Shown piece after piece: positions 8,936 through 18,250 of a DNA stretch of 64,000 nucleotides (position 1 is the stretch's first letter; each line of letters begins with the position of its first letter). The notes beneath the pieces are model-generated. The model ran no database searches and was not told the DNA's origin. It was given only the letters and a program-made list of their open reading frames with translations. Origin of the DNA: Dehalococcoidia bacterium (lineage in GTDB: Bacteria > Chloroflexota > Dehalococcoidia > Bin125); contig OY760135.1 in assembly GCA_963663185.1 (NCBI GenBank), positions 664,081 through 728,080 of the forward strand, written 5' to 3'. A program made the translations under genes and the position numbers.

Positions 8936-8938
8936 TGA

Positions 8939-10129
8939 TCAGTCACCTGCCGCAGAAGATTCCGTTCTCTGCGCTTCCGTTCGTTCGATGTAGCGATCAA
9001 CATGGAAGAGATCGAGGTCATGCTCAGAGCGCCGATCGATGCTGAGATCAGACAAGGCCTCGCCAATCGCTGGTGAGAACTTGAAACCGTGTCCTGAGCA
9101 GGCGCTCGCCAGCGCGATATTGGGTCGCTTGGGGTGCAGATCGATGAGGAAATGAGCATCGGGCGTGTTGGTGTAGAGGCAGGTCTCGGCGCGCAGCATG
9201 CGACCGCCAACGTCCGGGAAGGTGCGATCGAGCCAACTGCGCATGTTGGCTTCGTCGGCGGCGTTGACGACACGGTCATAGCCGGAAGGATCGACCTCAT
9301 CAAGCGGCTGATGATGTCCGAGCTTGAATCCGCGACCGATGTTGGGGAAGCCGTACGCGAAGTCTTGCGGACCGCGTTCCCACATCCAGAATGGCAGCGC
9401 ACCGAGCTCGAACGCTTGCGGGTTCGCGCGCGGCTCGAACCAGAACATCACCTGTCGCGTGACGCGCAAGGGCAGGTTGAGCTTGCCGACCAGGCCCGGA
9501 TTCCAGGCGCCAGCGGTGATCACGAGACGGTCTGCTTCGTAGCGTCTATTGGCGGTCTGGATCGAGAACGGCGATTCCAGATCGTCCATGTCGAGCGGCA
9601 GCCAGCGTTCGACCGGCTCGTCGAAGTGGAGCTCGGCGCCGTGCCGCGCCGCCAGGTCGAGCTGTCCGTTGAGCGCGGTGTCGATGTCAATCATGCCGCC
9701 GCGCTGCTCGAGCACGCCGACGAGATCGTCGCTGGCGGCGATGCCTGGGTAGCGGCGTCTGAGGTCGGCGGCATCCATTTGCTCAACAGCGATATCGTGT
9801 TCGCGGGCGCTCGCCAACACGCCTTCAACGAGACCCGCGCCTTCGCTGCCGAGTGATAATGCGCCGGTCTGGGTGAAGAGCGGCTGGCCGATCTCGGCAG
9901 CGAGTTCGTCCCAGAGTTCGTAGGCGCGGCGCACGAAGGGCACGTACGACGGACCCTCGTAATAGGCCTCGCGGATGCCGCGACTGTCGCCGTGCGTGGA
10001 GCCGAACATGTGCGGCGGTCGGAAGCGATCGAATCCGATCACACGCTGCCCGCGCAGCGAGAGCCGCCAGGCGGTAGCGGATCCCATAGCGCCGAGTCCG
10101 ATTACGGCGACGTCATATCGTTCGCTCAT
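8939..10129 (-). CDS. FAD-dependent sarcosine / N-methyl-tryptophan oxidase-like oxidoreductase
   Basis: MSERYDVAVIGLGAMGSATAWRL..GQRV.GFDRF.PPH..GS.HG.SR is the MSOX/SolA family N-terminus. Confidence 0.65.
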   Translation of the reverse strand: MSERYDVAVIGLGAMGSATAWRLSLRGQRVIGFDRFRPPHMFGSTHGDSRGIREAYYEGPSYVPFVRRAYELWDELAAEIGQPLFTQTGALSLGSEGAGLVEGVLASAREHDIAVEQMDAADLRRRYPGIAASDDLVGVLEQRGGMIDIDTALNGQLDLAARHGAELHFDEPVERWLPLDMDDLESPFSIQTANRRYEADRLVITAGAWNPGLVGKLNLPLRVTRQVMFWFEPRANPQAFELGALPFWMWERGPQDFAYGFPNIGRGFKLGHHQPLDEVDPSGYDRVVNAADEANMRSWLDRTFPDVGGRMLRAETCLYTNTPDAHFLIDLHPKRPNIALASACSGHGFKFSPAIGEALSDLSIDRRSEHDLDLFHVDRYIERTEAQRTESSAAGD

Positions 10130-10225
10130 ACCAAGACCTCCTCACCAGCGCCACCATGATATCCGTTGTCCGTCGTCTGTTTCACGGCACGCATGCTCGT
10201 CCTCAGCCGGAGACATGATGCCGCC

Positions 10226-10627
10226 ATGATCAGACTCGCGACTGCCCTCTGGTTCATCTCAGTTGGAGTGGTCTTGGTCGCCTGCGCGGACGATGTGCCC
10301 TCATTTCAGGAGGAGTCGGCGTCGATCTCACAGCCACAGGCGGTCCAGGAGCGAGAGCAAGTCAACGGCTCGCTCTGCGCGTTGCTCAACCCGCTGATTA
10401 ATCGGCGGTCTATCACTGAGCCACGCGTCAACTACCGGGATGTGGTTGACGCCATCGAACAGGGCGCAACGATCAACGTTCGCTGCGCCGCCGGCTCGTC
10501 GCCGCTCCACTTCGCGGCAGCCGCTCACGGCCTGATGGTGGTTGAACTGCTGATCAGCCAGGGGGCCGACATCCCCGCCGTCAATGGCGCCGTGACCAAT
10601 GCCTCGGTCGATGTCGTACGCATCCTG
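10226..10627 (+). pseudogene. ankyrin-repeat lipoprotein gene, 5' fragment truncated by an IS insertion
   Basis: Lipobox-like signal (MIRLATALWFISVGVVLVAC) followed by ankyrin motifs (GSSPLHFAAAAHGLMVVELLISQGADIPAVNG). Confidence 0.5.
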
Positions 10628-10668
10628 CTAGGGCCTGTTCACTCTATTTCGTCATGAAGTGGATGCAG

Positions 10669-11251
10669 GCGAGGAGGACTTGGTTGAGGTAGATGTGGGC
10701 GAGTTTGTGATAGCGGTTGGCGATGCCGCGCAATCGTTTGATGCGTCCGAAGTAACGTTCGATCGTGTTGCGGGCGCGGTAGGCCGCACGGTTCAGCGGC
10801 CACGGTTGAGCGGCCAGGGCTTGCGGCGATTCGCCTTCGGCGGGGTGATCAACTCCGATCCGAGTTCGGCGGCCAACGCACGCATCTCATCGCCCTCGTA
10901 GGCGCGGTCGGCGAGCAGTTGCGGCTGACCGGATACGGAGCCGAGCCGCTCCAACCACCAGCGTCCCCAGGGCGCATCGCCCCAGTGACCCGGCGTCAGG
11001 GTCAGCATCAGCGGCAGGCGGTCTTCCAGCACGACGGCGTGCAGCTTGGTCGTCAAGCCCCCGCGCGAGCGACCGATCGCCTGGAGCCCCTGTTGCTGGG
11101 CGCTCCGGTCCCGTCCTGATGGACCTTCACAATCGTGCTGTCGAGCGAGACGCGCAACGGTCGCTCCGGACCAGCTTGTTCGAGCTGCGCATCCGGTTCG
11201 TCCCGTTGCAGTTCGGCGAAGAGGCGCTCCAGCACGCCTTTGTCGATCCAA
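10669..11251 (-). pseudogene. IS5/IS427-type transposase OrfB (DDE domain), disrupted by a 14-bp tandem duplication
   Basis: ..QAIGRSRGGLTTKLHAVV..ADRAYEGDEMRALAAELG..KPWPLNRGR* stops at 10793. In another frame the C-terminus continues ..QPWPLNRAAYRARNTIERYFGRIKRLRGIANRYHKLAHIYLNQVLLACIHFMTK*. Units cacggttcagcggc (10786-10799) and cacggttgagcggc (10800-10813) form the duplication that shifts the frame. Confidence 0.6.
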
Positions 11252-11481
11252 CGCCGTCCGCGCATGTAGACCGTGTGCCAGGGACCGAAGCGCTCAGGCA
11301 AGGCCCGCCAGCTACAGCCTTCCTTGGTCACGAACAGCCAAGCCTCCAGCACTTGTCGCGAGGGCAGCTTGCAGTTGCCGCGCGGCGTCGGCATGAGCGG
11401 CGCGATCCGCGCCCATTGTGCGTCGGTCAGTTGCATGATCCCATTGACCCGGCCGCCAGACCGTTCCTCCAACTCTGACAC
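11053..11481 (-). CDS. IS5/IS427-type transposase OrfA (DUF4096 N-terminal domain)
   Basis: ..LTDAQWARIAPLMP..GNCKLPSRQVLEAWLFVTKEGCSWRALPERFGPWHTVY.. is the typical IS5-family OrfA. Confidence 0.75.
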   Translation of the reverse strand: MSELEERSGGRVNGIMQLTDAQWARIAPLMPTPRGNCKLPSRQVLEAWLFVTKEGCSWRALPERFGPWHTVYMRGRRWIDKGVLERLFAELQRDEPDAQLEQAGPERPLRVSLDSTIVKVHQDGTGAPSNRGSRRSVARAGA

Positions 11482-11537
11482 AGGTCTCGATTAGAGTGAA
11501 CAGGCCCTAGAAGGCTGGAGCTGCATCCAACCCGCTC

Positions 11538-12038
11538 GGCGAAGTCGGTCTCACCCCACTCCTCCGCGGGGCGCGCGCGGGCGGAGCGTCTCTGATCCGT
11601 GTCCTGCTCGAACACGGCGCCGACCCCAGCGCCACTGGCCCTGACGGTCGCACTGCCTTGCACATTGCGGCGCGTCACAACCCGCTGTCGGCCGTCTCCG
11701 AGCTATTGCTCAACGCTGGCGCTGATCCTGCCGTGCGCGACCGGCAGGGCAGTACTCCCTGCCACGTTCCAGGCGACCACCTCTCCGATCCCGAAGTCCG
11801 GCAACGCATCTGTACGGGTGGCTCACGCGACCGGATACATCAATACTCAATTGTCAATCCGAGCGCGACATCTCCGACGCCACTTGCGACATCGAGTTGT
11901 GCTCCCAATAGAGGATATGCTCGACATGCTCGCGAATCGACCATTCGTCATTGGGCGCTTTGGCGTCGAGCAGTGCGTCATCCATATGCAGCAGCTGTCC
12001 GACCAGTTCGGCGCGCTGGAAGATCAGGTCGCGCGTGA
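11538..12038 (+). pseudogene. ankyrin-repeat gene fragment downstream of the IS (different frame from the upstream fragment)
   Basis: ..TPLLRGARAGGASLIRVLLEHGADPSATGPDGRTALHIAARHNPLSAVSELLLNAGADPAVRDRQGSTPCH.. are canonical ankyrin repeats. This frame is not continuous with the pre-IS fragment after removing the IS. Confidence 0.5.
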
Positions 12039-12282
12039 GATGCGCGATCGGCGACTCCTGCATCTGTCTGGCGGTGTAGCGGGCAGTCGAGACGGCGCCG
12101 GCGTGCATGCGATCATGCTCGGCGTTGTGGACGAGTAGACGTCGAACGCCGCCGTTCATGGCGCAGCCGTGTTCAGTCGGGAAGGACAGATCGTCGTCCG
12201 TCGAACCCGACAGTTGCTCGACGGTGTCGGTGAGCTGGCGCATCAACTTGAGCGCTAGCTCGGTGGATTCGCTTGTTGGCAT
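11854..12282 (-). CDS. DinB-family (DinB_2-like) four-helix-bundle protein
   Basis: 143 aa from ATG 12282 (MPTSESTELALKLMRQLTDTVEQL..); His-containing motifs (..EHVEHILYWEHNS..) fit the DinB/YfiT fold. Confidence 0.4.
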   Translation of the reverse strand: MPTSESTELALKLMRQLTDTVEQLSGSTDDDLSFPTEHGCAMNGGVRRLLVHNAEHDRMHAGAVSTARYTARQMQESPIAHLTRDLIFQRAELVGQLLHMDDALLDAKAPNDEWSIREHVEHILYWEHNSMSQVASEMSRSD

Positions 12283-12334
12283 GATGCCCCCTCTGCCCCT
12301 ACAGGGCACCTCCCCCAGAGGGGGAGGTCTTGGA

Positions 12335-13372
12335 TTAGTCGGTTCCTGCGGCGAGGAACTCGAGCAGTGTTTGGTTGGTGAAATCCGGCGCCTCCTCGGG
12401 GAAGAAGTGTCCGGCGCCAAGCACGCCGACCGAGGTCAGATTGGGGAAGTACATCGAGAACTGGTCGAAGAACGGATTGCCCGACGGGGTGGAGCGGGCG
12501 GCGCCGCTGCCGGGCGCGAGCCGTGCGTTGCCATACATCCAGAGCGCGGGCTTCTGGTAGCGCTTGCGCCGATCCTCAGGGCCGTACTCCATGAACTCGC
12601 GCCCCATGGGATGCTCGTTCAGACCGTGTCGCCAGATCTGTCCGACCTGACTGCTCGTCAATCGCTCGCAGCGAAAACCGCCGGCGATCTGATCGTCGGG
12701 TCGCATCCGATGGAACGGCAGGGCGTGTCGGTAGTAGGCGATCGCCGCTGCGTGAGAGTCGGGATCGGAGAACGCCTGCTTGTATACCGCTACGTCTTCG
12801 TCTGTCGCCCAGCGATTCTGGGTCAAGCGGCGTCCCGTGACATTCCAGGGAGACAGCGGCCAACCTGGCAGCTCAGGGTCGGACGCGCCGGTGAAGATGG
12901 TCTCGATGAATTGTTGGTGATACTCGGCGAAGAAGAGCTCAGGCAAAGGTCGCGCCTTGAACCAGAAACCGTGAATGGCGGCCGGCGTCCAGACGCTGCA
13001 GAGCGTGTCCAACAGCGCCGCGCGAGCAATCCGGTCGGGCCAGTCGATCAACAGCTTGAAGCCGATGATCCCGCCCCAGTCGTGTCCGATCAGCGCCGCC
13101 TCATCCACGTCGAAGTGGTCCAGCACGCCGACCATATCCGCGGCGAGCGTGTGTCGGGAGACTGGGCCGCGCGGCTTATCGGAGGCGCCGTAGCCGCGGG
13201 TGTCAGGCGCCATCACGCGATAGCCAGCGTCAACGAGCGCGGGAATCTGGTGTCGCCACTCGTACGACGTCTCGGGGAATCCATGGATCAGCAACACGGG
13301 CGGACCGTCGGACGGGCCGTCCGTCAGCACGTTGATGCGAATGCCATTGGAGTCGATGCGCTGGGTGTCCAT
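12335..13372 (-). CDS. alpha/beta-fold hydrolase (epoxide hydrolase / haloalkane dehalogenase-like)
   Basis: ..VLLIHGFPETSYEWRHQIPALVDAGYRVMAPDTRGYGASD..IGHDWGG.. Confidence 0.75.
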   Translation of the reverse strand: MDTQRIDSNGIRINVLTDGPSDGPPVLLIHGFPETSYEWRHQIPALVDAGYRVMAPDTRGYGASDKPRGPVSRHTLAADMVGVLDHFDVDEAALIGHDWGGIIGFKLLIDWPDRIARAALLDTLCSVWTPAAIHGFWFKARPLPELFFAEYHQQFIETIFTGASDPELPGWPLSPWNVTGRRLTQNRWATDEDVAVYKQAFSDPDSHAAAIAYYRHALPFHRMRPDDQIAGGFRCERLTSSQVGQIWRHGLNEHPMGREFMEYGPEDRRKRYQKPALWMYGNARLAPGSGAARSTPSGNPFFDQFSMYFPNLTSVGVLGAGHFFPEEAPDFTNQTLLEFLAAGTD

Positions 13373-13482
13373 GAGCTGATCCTGTTCCTTTCCAGTCCGA
13401 TTCCATTCAGAGTGTCGCGCGGGCGAGGCCTGTTGTACTCAATGTGCAGTCACTTTGCACTCCGCCTGCACTCAGCTTGCAC

Positions 13483-14460
13483 TCAATCGAATGCCGGCAG
13501 GACATCGCTGGTGACACGGTCGTACATCGACTGTTGGTCGTAGCCGACCAGGCGCAGCGTGATCGTCGTGGCGCCCGCGTCAATGTAGGACTGGATGTCA
13601 GCGACGCACTGCTCAGGCGTACCCATGGCCACCCAGAGGTTGAGCGCCGCGTCGGTGTAGGTGGTGGTGTAATAGGCCTCGAGATAGCGCCGCGACTCGT
13701 CAAGCGCAGCGTCGCGGTCTTCGTTGACGTTGATGTTGTAATAGACGGCGACCTCAAAGTCGTCGGGCAGGGTACGTCCCAAATCGTCAGCGTGCCCGCG
13801 AATGTCCGCCAGATACGCGGCAACGGTGTCAGGCGGCTGGAAGGTGGTCATCCAACCGTCGCCAAGTCGGGCGACGCGACGCAGTCCGCGACGACGGTTC
13901 GCGGTGTCGTCCGGGCGCGGATTGGATGTGACCCAGATGGGCACGGGGCGCTGAACGGAGCGTGGCTCAATCGTGACATGGTCGAAGTCGTTGTACTCGC
14001 CGTGGTAGGAGACATCGTCTTGCGCGGTCAAGAGACGCAGAATCTCGATTGCTTCTTCCATGCGCGTCATGCGCGAGTTGGGTGTCACGCAGAAGGCCTC
14101 GAACTCGCCAAGCATGTCGCCGCCGCCAGCGGCCGGCTGACCCATGCAGGCAGCGAAGATTGAGCGACCCTGGCTCATGAAGTCGAACGATGCCCATTGA
14201 TAGGCGAGCAGCAACGCGGGCCGAAGCGGCGTCGAGGCGAAGCAGGCAGGGCCGATTCTGACGCGGTCGGTTTGCGCGGCGAGGCCGGCCATCAGTCCGA
14301 GCGCGTCGAGTCTCGGCTTGGCGAGGATGGAATCGCCCACCCAAACCGAATCCCAGCGCTGATCGTCATCGGCGCGTCGGGCGAGAGCGTACATGTCCTC
14401 CAGCGTGGACGCGCCGGTGACGACTCCGCGGTTGGAGAGGGTGAGTCCGAATTTGACCAT
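13483..14460 (-). CDS. LLM-class F420-dependent (luciferase-like) oxidoreductase
   Basis: MVKFGLTLSNRG..; TIM-barrel LLM-family length; ..TITLRLVGYDQQS.. C-terminus. Confidence 0.6.
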   Translation of the reverse strand: MVKFGLTLSNRGVVTGASTLEDMYALARRADDDQRWDSVWVGDSILAKPRLDALGLMAGLAAQTDRVRIGPACFASTPLRPALLLAYQWASFDFMSQGRSIFAACMGQPAAGGGDMLGEFEAFCVTPNSRMTRMEEAIEILRLLTAQDDVSYHGEYNDFDHVTIEPRSVQRPVPIWVTSNPRPDDTANRRRGLRRVARLGDGWMTTFQPPDTVAAYLADIRGHADDLGRTLPDDFEVAVYYNINVNEDRDAALDESRRYLEAYYTTTYTDAALNLWVAMGTPEQCVADIQSYIDAGATTITLRLVGYDQQSMYDRVTSDVLPAFD

Positions 14461-14563
14461 TCTGAATGCCTCCGAAATCTGAAGCGAGTATAGGCGCGCG
14501 GCGGAAGGCGGAGATCCGCGCCGATCAGGGCGAATGCAGCGTTTCGCTGGAGCTCAGCAGCGG

Positions 14564-14875
14564 CTACCTCCGTAATCGCCTCAAGGCAGTCAGACATCTG
14601 CGGAGGGAGTCGGAGCGTTCCGCCGCTCGAACAGGGCTCCAGTGGTCGCGCGCGAAGTCGATGAGGAAGTCGTTGTCGCTCTGACCCACGAGGGCGGCCG
14701 GGACGGAGGGCAAGATCAGCGTTCGTACGGATTTCGTACCGCAATGCGCACGCACCAGTTCAACGAGGCGTCGTTTTGGGAACGATATCGAGTCAACGTC
14801 ACCGGGCAAGGTTCGTTGCGGAATGCGCAGGCGGCTCGCGATGCCAGGGTCAGCGAGCAGCCATGACTCTACCAA
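14564..14875 (-). pseudogene. DUF4276-like C-terminal gene fragment
   Basis: ..WLLADPGIASRL..SISFPKRRLVELVRAHCG..FARDHWSP.. resembles the C-terminal half of DUF4276 proteins (..ALLFADPAALAEVLG..PSKRIARLAPNY..ACPHFNAW..). The N-terminal half is absent or frameshifted. Confidence 0.3.
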
Positions 14876-14972
14876 TCAGGACTCTACTTCGTGTACGGCG
14901 ACCCGCACTTGCATCTCGTGGCGACAGCCAGATCGAGCCGGCCTTCGGTGGCGACTCGTATCGTCTTCACAC

Positions 14973-15289
14973 TCAAAGGGGCAGTTGAGCGCCGCCGGCA
15001 TGAACTGCCGACGCCAGGAGGATGTCGCCAACGGAGCCTCCGGCCATGGCGATCTCCACGGCGCCTCGGTCATCGGCGCCCGATTTCACCACGGAGCCTT
15101 CTTTGCCTGGCAAGACGATCATGACTTCAGCAGGAGCGATGCCTTCGTCTTGCAACAGGTCAGGAGAGTGCGTTGTGACCAGCACCTGTCGTCCGCGCGT
15201 GGAGACCGTGTACCCATGTGCTGTAGCGCTCTGGCGAGGCTTGGCGGTGTGCCTCGAAGTCTGTTCCGCTCTGGGATGAGCCTGTCAGC
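14973..15289 (-). pseudogene. C-terminal remnant of an AAA_21/ABC-type ATPase (THSP H-loop)
   Basis: ..VSTRGRQVLVTTHSPDLLQDEG.. carries the H-loop typical of AAA_21/OLD/Septu-PtuA-type ATPases. The frame is closed by a stop about 100 codons in and overlaps the pepA start, so only the last ~100 aa survive. Confidence 0.35.
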
Positions 15290-15304
15290 TGGTGAGTCGT
15301 TAGG

Positions 15305-16867
15305 ATGGATATGACTGTGGAGTTCGTCGGACGTACTCGCGTACTAGAAGAGATGGACATGGATATTCTCGCAAGCTCGCAGCCAGCATTGGACGCCGCG
15401 GCTGACCATCTGCTGATGTTTGCAACCAAGGGTGACGACCTGCTTGAGGGTGGCGCGTTGCGTCGGCTGAACGAGGCGTTGGATGGCGGTCTCGGATCGC
15501 TGGCGGCGTCGGGCGAGCTGAGCGGCAAGGTGGATGAGGTGGTGGTGATCCACAGCTTCGGCCGATTATCGGCGGCGCGCGTGGTGATTGCGGGCCTGGG
15601 CCCAGCCGAGCGAATGGGCTTGGACGAGATTCGACACGCTGCGGCGAACGGAGCGAGGCGAGCGCGATCGCTGGGCTCGGGCAGGCTGGCGATCGCCGTT
15701 GACGGCGAGTCGTGCGGCTTCAGCAGCGCGGAGATCGCAGGTGCGATCGTAGAGGGTCTGGACATGGGCCTGTATCGCTTCGATCGCCATCAGGCCCCGA
15801 AAGAGTTGAAGCACGAGTTGGAGTCTGCGACGCTGCACGCGGACGATGTTACTGGGCTCAACGCGGGGATTCGTGAGGGACGGTCACTGGCTGGAGCAGC
15901 GAACTTTGCGCGCGATCTGGCGAACGAGCCGTCGAATCTGTTGACGCCGACCGAGCTGGCGAGTCGGGCTGAGGCCTGGGCGTCGTCGCATGGCGTTGAG
16001 ATTGAGATTCTCGATGAAGAGGGCGCCGCAGAGCTGGGCATGGGGTCGTTTCTCGGCGTAGCGCGCGGATCGCATCAACCGGCGAAGTTCCTGATTATGC
16101 GGCATTGCGGCGGCGGCGACGAGCCTGGCATCGGCTATTGCGGCAAGGGGATCACGTTCGACACGGGCGGCATCTCGATCAAGCCGGCGATGAACATGGA
16201 GGCGATGAAGCAGGATATGTCTGGCGCGGCCGCTGTCGTGGCGTCGATGGGCGCGATTGCGGATTTGGGTCTGCCGCTCAACGTGACGGCGCTGGCGCCC
16301 TGCACCGAGAACATGCCGGGTGGGAACGCGATCAAGCCAGGCGACCTGTTGACCGCCATGAACGGGACCACGATCGAAGTGATCAATACTGACGCGGAAG
16401 GTCGGCTGGTGCTGGCCGATGCGTTGTCATACGCGAACCATCTGGGCCTGTCGCCGCTCGTTGATGTGGCGACGCTGACCGGCGCTTGCGCAGTCGCGTT
16501 GGGCGATGTCGCAACGGGCGTGATGGCAAACGATGACGAATTGGCGTCCGAGATCATCGCGGTCGGCAAACAGGCGGGCGAGAAGTTCTGGCAGCTGCCG
16601 ATGTTCTCGGAATACGACGAGCAGATTCGCAGTCAGGTGGCTGACGTGAAAAACACGGGCGGTCGTCTGGCGGGCGCGATTACGGCGGCCAAGTTCCTGG
16701 CGCGCTTCGCGGGCGATACGCCGTGGGCGCATCTGGATATGGCTGGCACGGACGATGCGTCGAAGACTCGCGGTACGCAGGTGAAGGGCGCTAGCGGCGT
16801 CCCGGTGCGGACACTGGTGCGGTTCGCCGCCGCGCGCGCGGCAAACGGCGACAACAGCATGGACTAG
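15305..16867 (+). CDS. pepA: leucyl aminopeptidase (M17 family)
   Basis: ..NTDAEGRLVLADALSYA.., ..GKGITFDTGGISIKP.. and ..MKQDMSGAAAV.. are M17 signature motifs. Confidence 0.9.
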   Translation: MDMTVEFVGRTRVLEEMDMDILASSQPALDAAADHLLMFATKGDDLLEGGALRRLNEALDGGLGSLAASGELSGKVDEVVVIHSFGRLSAARVVIAGLGPAERMGLDEIRHAAANGARRARSLGSGRLAIAVDGESCGFSSAEIAGAIVEGLDMGLYRFDRHQAPKELKHELESATLHADDVTGLNAGIREGRSLAGAANFARDLANEPSNLLTPTELASRAEAWASSHGVEIEILDEEGAAELGMGSFLGVARGSHQPAKFLIMRHCGGGDEPGIGYCGKGITFDTGGISIKPAMNMEAMKQDMSGAAAVVASMGAIADLGLPLNVTALAPCTENMPGGNAIKPGDLLTAMNGTTIEVINTDAEGRLVLADALSYANHLGLSPLVDVATLTGACAVALGDVATGVMANDDELASEIIAVGKQAGEKFWQLPMFSEYDEQIRSQVADVKNTGGRLAGAITAAKFLARFAGDTPWAHLDMAGTDDASKTRGTQVKGASGVPVRTLVRFAAARAANGDNSMD

Positions 16868-16919
16868 CGGAACGTTTGGCAACGATTGGCACTCTGAGCG
16901 GCGCCTGAGAGGACGAACC

Positions 16920-17261
16920 ATGGCGGAATTCGAGCGACTGACTGATCTCCCTGAAGCGGAAGAACGCGCGATGCGCGACCGGTACCGCCAAGAGATGACG
17001 GAGCTGGCCGATCAGTTTTGCGAGGAACGCGGCTACATCTTGATGAATGCCGATCAGACGATCGAGGACTTCGTCAACATGCGGATGCGATTCGGCAAGT
17101 TCTACTGTCCATGTCAGCCGGCCAATAATGACGACACCATCTGTGTCTGCGAGCCGGTGCTGAATGGTCTGGTGGACTTTGAAGGTACGTGCTTCTGCAA
17201 CTTCTTCACGCTGCCGGAGGGCAAGACGCCGCTGAAGGAAGAGATGTCGGTTGATCTGTAG
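16920..17261 (+). CDS. ferredoxin-thioredoxin reductase catalytic-subunit-like Fe-S protein
   Basis: 113 aa with a CPC..(13)..CVC..(13)..CFC cysteine pattern, like the FTR catalytic chain (CPC/CPC/CHC). Confidence 0.45.
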   Translation: MAEFERLTDLPEAEERAMRDRYRQEMTELADQFCEERGYILMNADQTIEDFVNMRMRFGKFYCPCQPANNDDTICVCEPVLNGLVDFEGTCFCNFFTLPEGKTPLKEEMSVDL

Positions 17262-17314
17262 GACGCAACGAGGTCTGCGAGGTCTGCCTGGCAGCCCCTG
17301 GTCGCTCTTGGTCG

Positions 17315-18067
17315 CTACGGCGACGCGGTCGTGTTCCAGCGGTCGAACTCGGGTGGCAGGATGCGTATGAGCGCGTCCGGGGTCATGCCGTAGACGTCGT
17401 AGGTGCGTTCGAGCTGGCCCATCACGCGCATCAGATGCGCAACCCCGCCGGGTCCGGCTCCATTCTTCGGCTTCTGCCTGGCACCATCGGTGTAGAGCTG
17501 CAGCATGAGCGGCACGACGCCGAGCGAGTGGAAGATGCGCGAGACGCCGATGATCCTGGAGCTCAGGTTGGAGAATTCCGTGAGCGGTAGGTCTAACACG
17601 AAGGCGGCTTGTTCGCCGTGTGTGTGATAGAGGCTCCAGGCGCCCCAGAGCCAGTGTCGGTAGCGTCGCTGAAAGCGTCTGCCTTCACGCTGGAACACGA
17701 ACACGGTGTCTTCAGGCCAGCCGCGTGTGGTGCGCATGTCGCCGTCGCGATCCCAAAGCGTCGTGCGGAAGTTCAGAAGTCCCAACCAGGACCAGATACC
17801 AGCGTGATCGGCGACCAGGTGGCGCGCATCGCTGAACCTGGGTAGGAAGTAGTCGACGACATCGCGGCGGGTGTGAAACCACTGCGGCTCGACCTCGACG
17901 TGCGCGAGTTCAGGCACGACCGAGGTCAACTGCGGATCGTGCAGCAGCCGGTCAGGCACTGCAACGGGCCGGTCGCGAGTCTTGGCTTGAGCAACGAAGC
18001 TCAAGGCCTCGGCGATGCCGAGTTCGTTGAGTTGACGCAGCTGCATCAGAGGGCCGCAGCCTTCCAA
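17315..18067 (-). CDS. hypothetical protein (its last ~43 codons are duplicated just upstream)
   Basis: 250-aa ORF; no family recognised. Confidence 0.4.
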   Translation of the reverse strand: MEGCGPLMQLRQLNELGIAEALSFVAQAKTRDRPVAVPDRLLHDPQLTSVVPELAHVEVEPQWFHTRRDVVDYFLPRFSDARHLVADHAGIWSWLGLLNFRTTLWDRDGDMRTTRGWPEDTVFVFQREGRRFQRRYRHWLWGAWSLYHTHGEQAAFVLDLPLTEFSNLSSRIIGVSRIFHSLGVVPLMLQLYTDGARQKPKNGAGPGGVAHLMRVMGQLERTYDVYGMTPDALIRILPPEFDRWNTTASP

Positions 18068-18180
18068 CGGTCGAAGTCAGGCGGGAGGATGTTCATGAGC
18101 GCGTCGGGGGTCATGCCGTAGACGTCGTAGGTGCGTTCGAGCTGTTCCAGGACGCGGATCAGATGTCGCAATCCACCCTG
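18049..18180 (-). repeat. duplicated 3' end (~130 bp) of the 17315..18067 gene
   Basis: The stretch ..atgagcgcgtc(c/g)ggggtcatgccgtagacgtcgtaggtgcgttcgagctg.. appears at 17360-17420 and 18090-18150. The encoded tail is LIRVLEQLERTYDVYGMTPDALMNILPPDFDRW versus LMRVMGQLERTYDVYGMTPDALIRILPPEFDRW. Confidence 0.8.
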
Positions 18181-18250
18181 AGGTACACTAGTATTCCATA
18201 AGGTTATCCATGTTGGGCACCGAATTCGGCAGTCTGACACCAGGCCTGGA

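Larger units (their letters stand above)
10628..11510 (-). mobile_element. IS5-family (IS427-group-like) insertion sequence, about 880 bp, with perfect 19-bp terminal inverted repeats
   Basis: ctagggcctgttcactcta at 10628-10646 is the exact reverse complement of tagagtgaacaggccctag at 11492-11510; both ends include a palindromic CTAG. The element encodes orfA and orfB of an IS5/IS427-type transposase. Confidence 0.8.
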
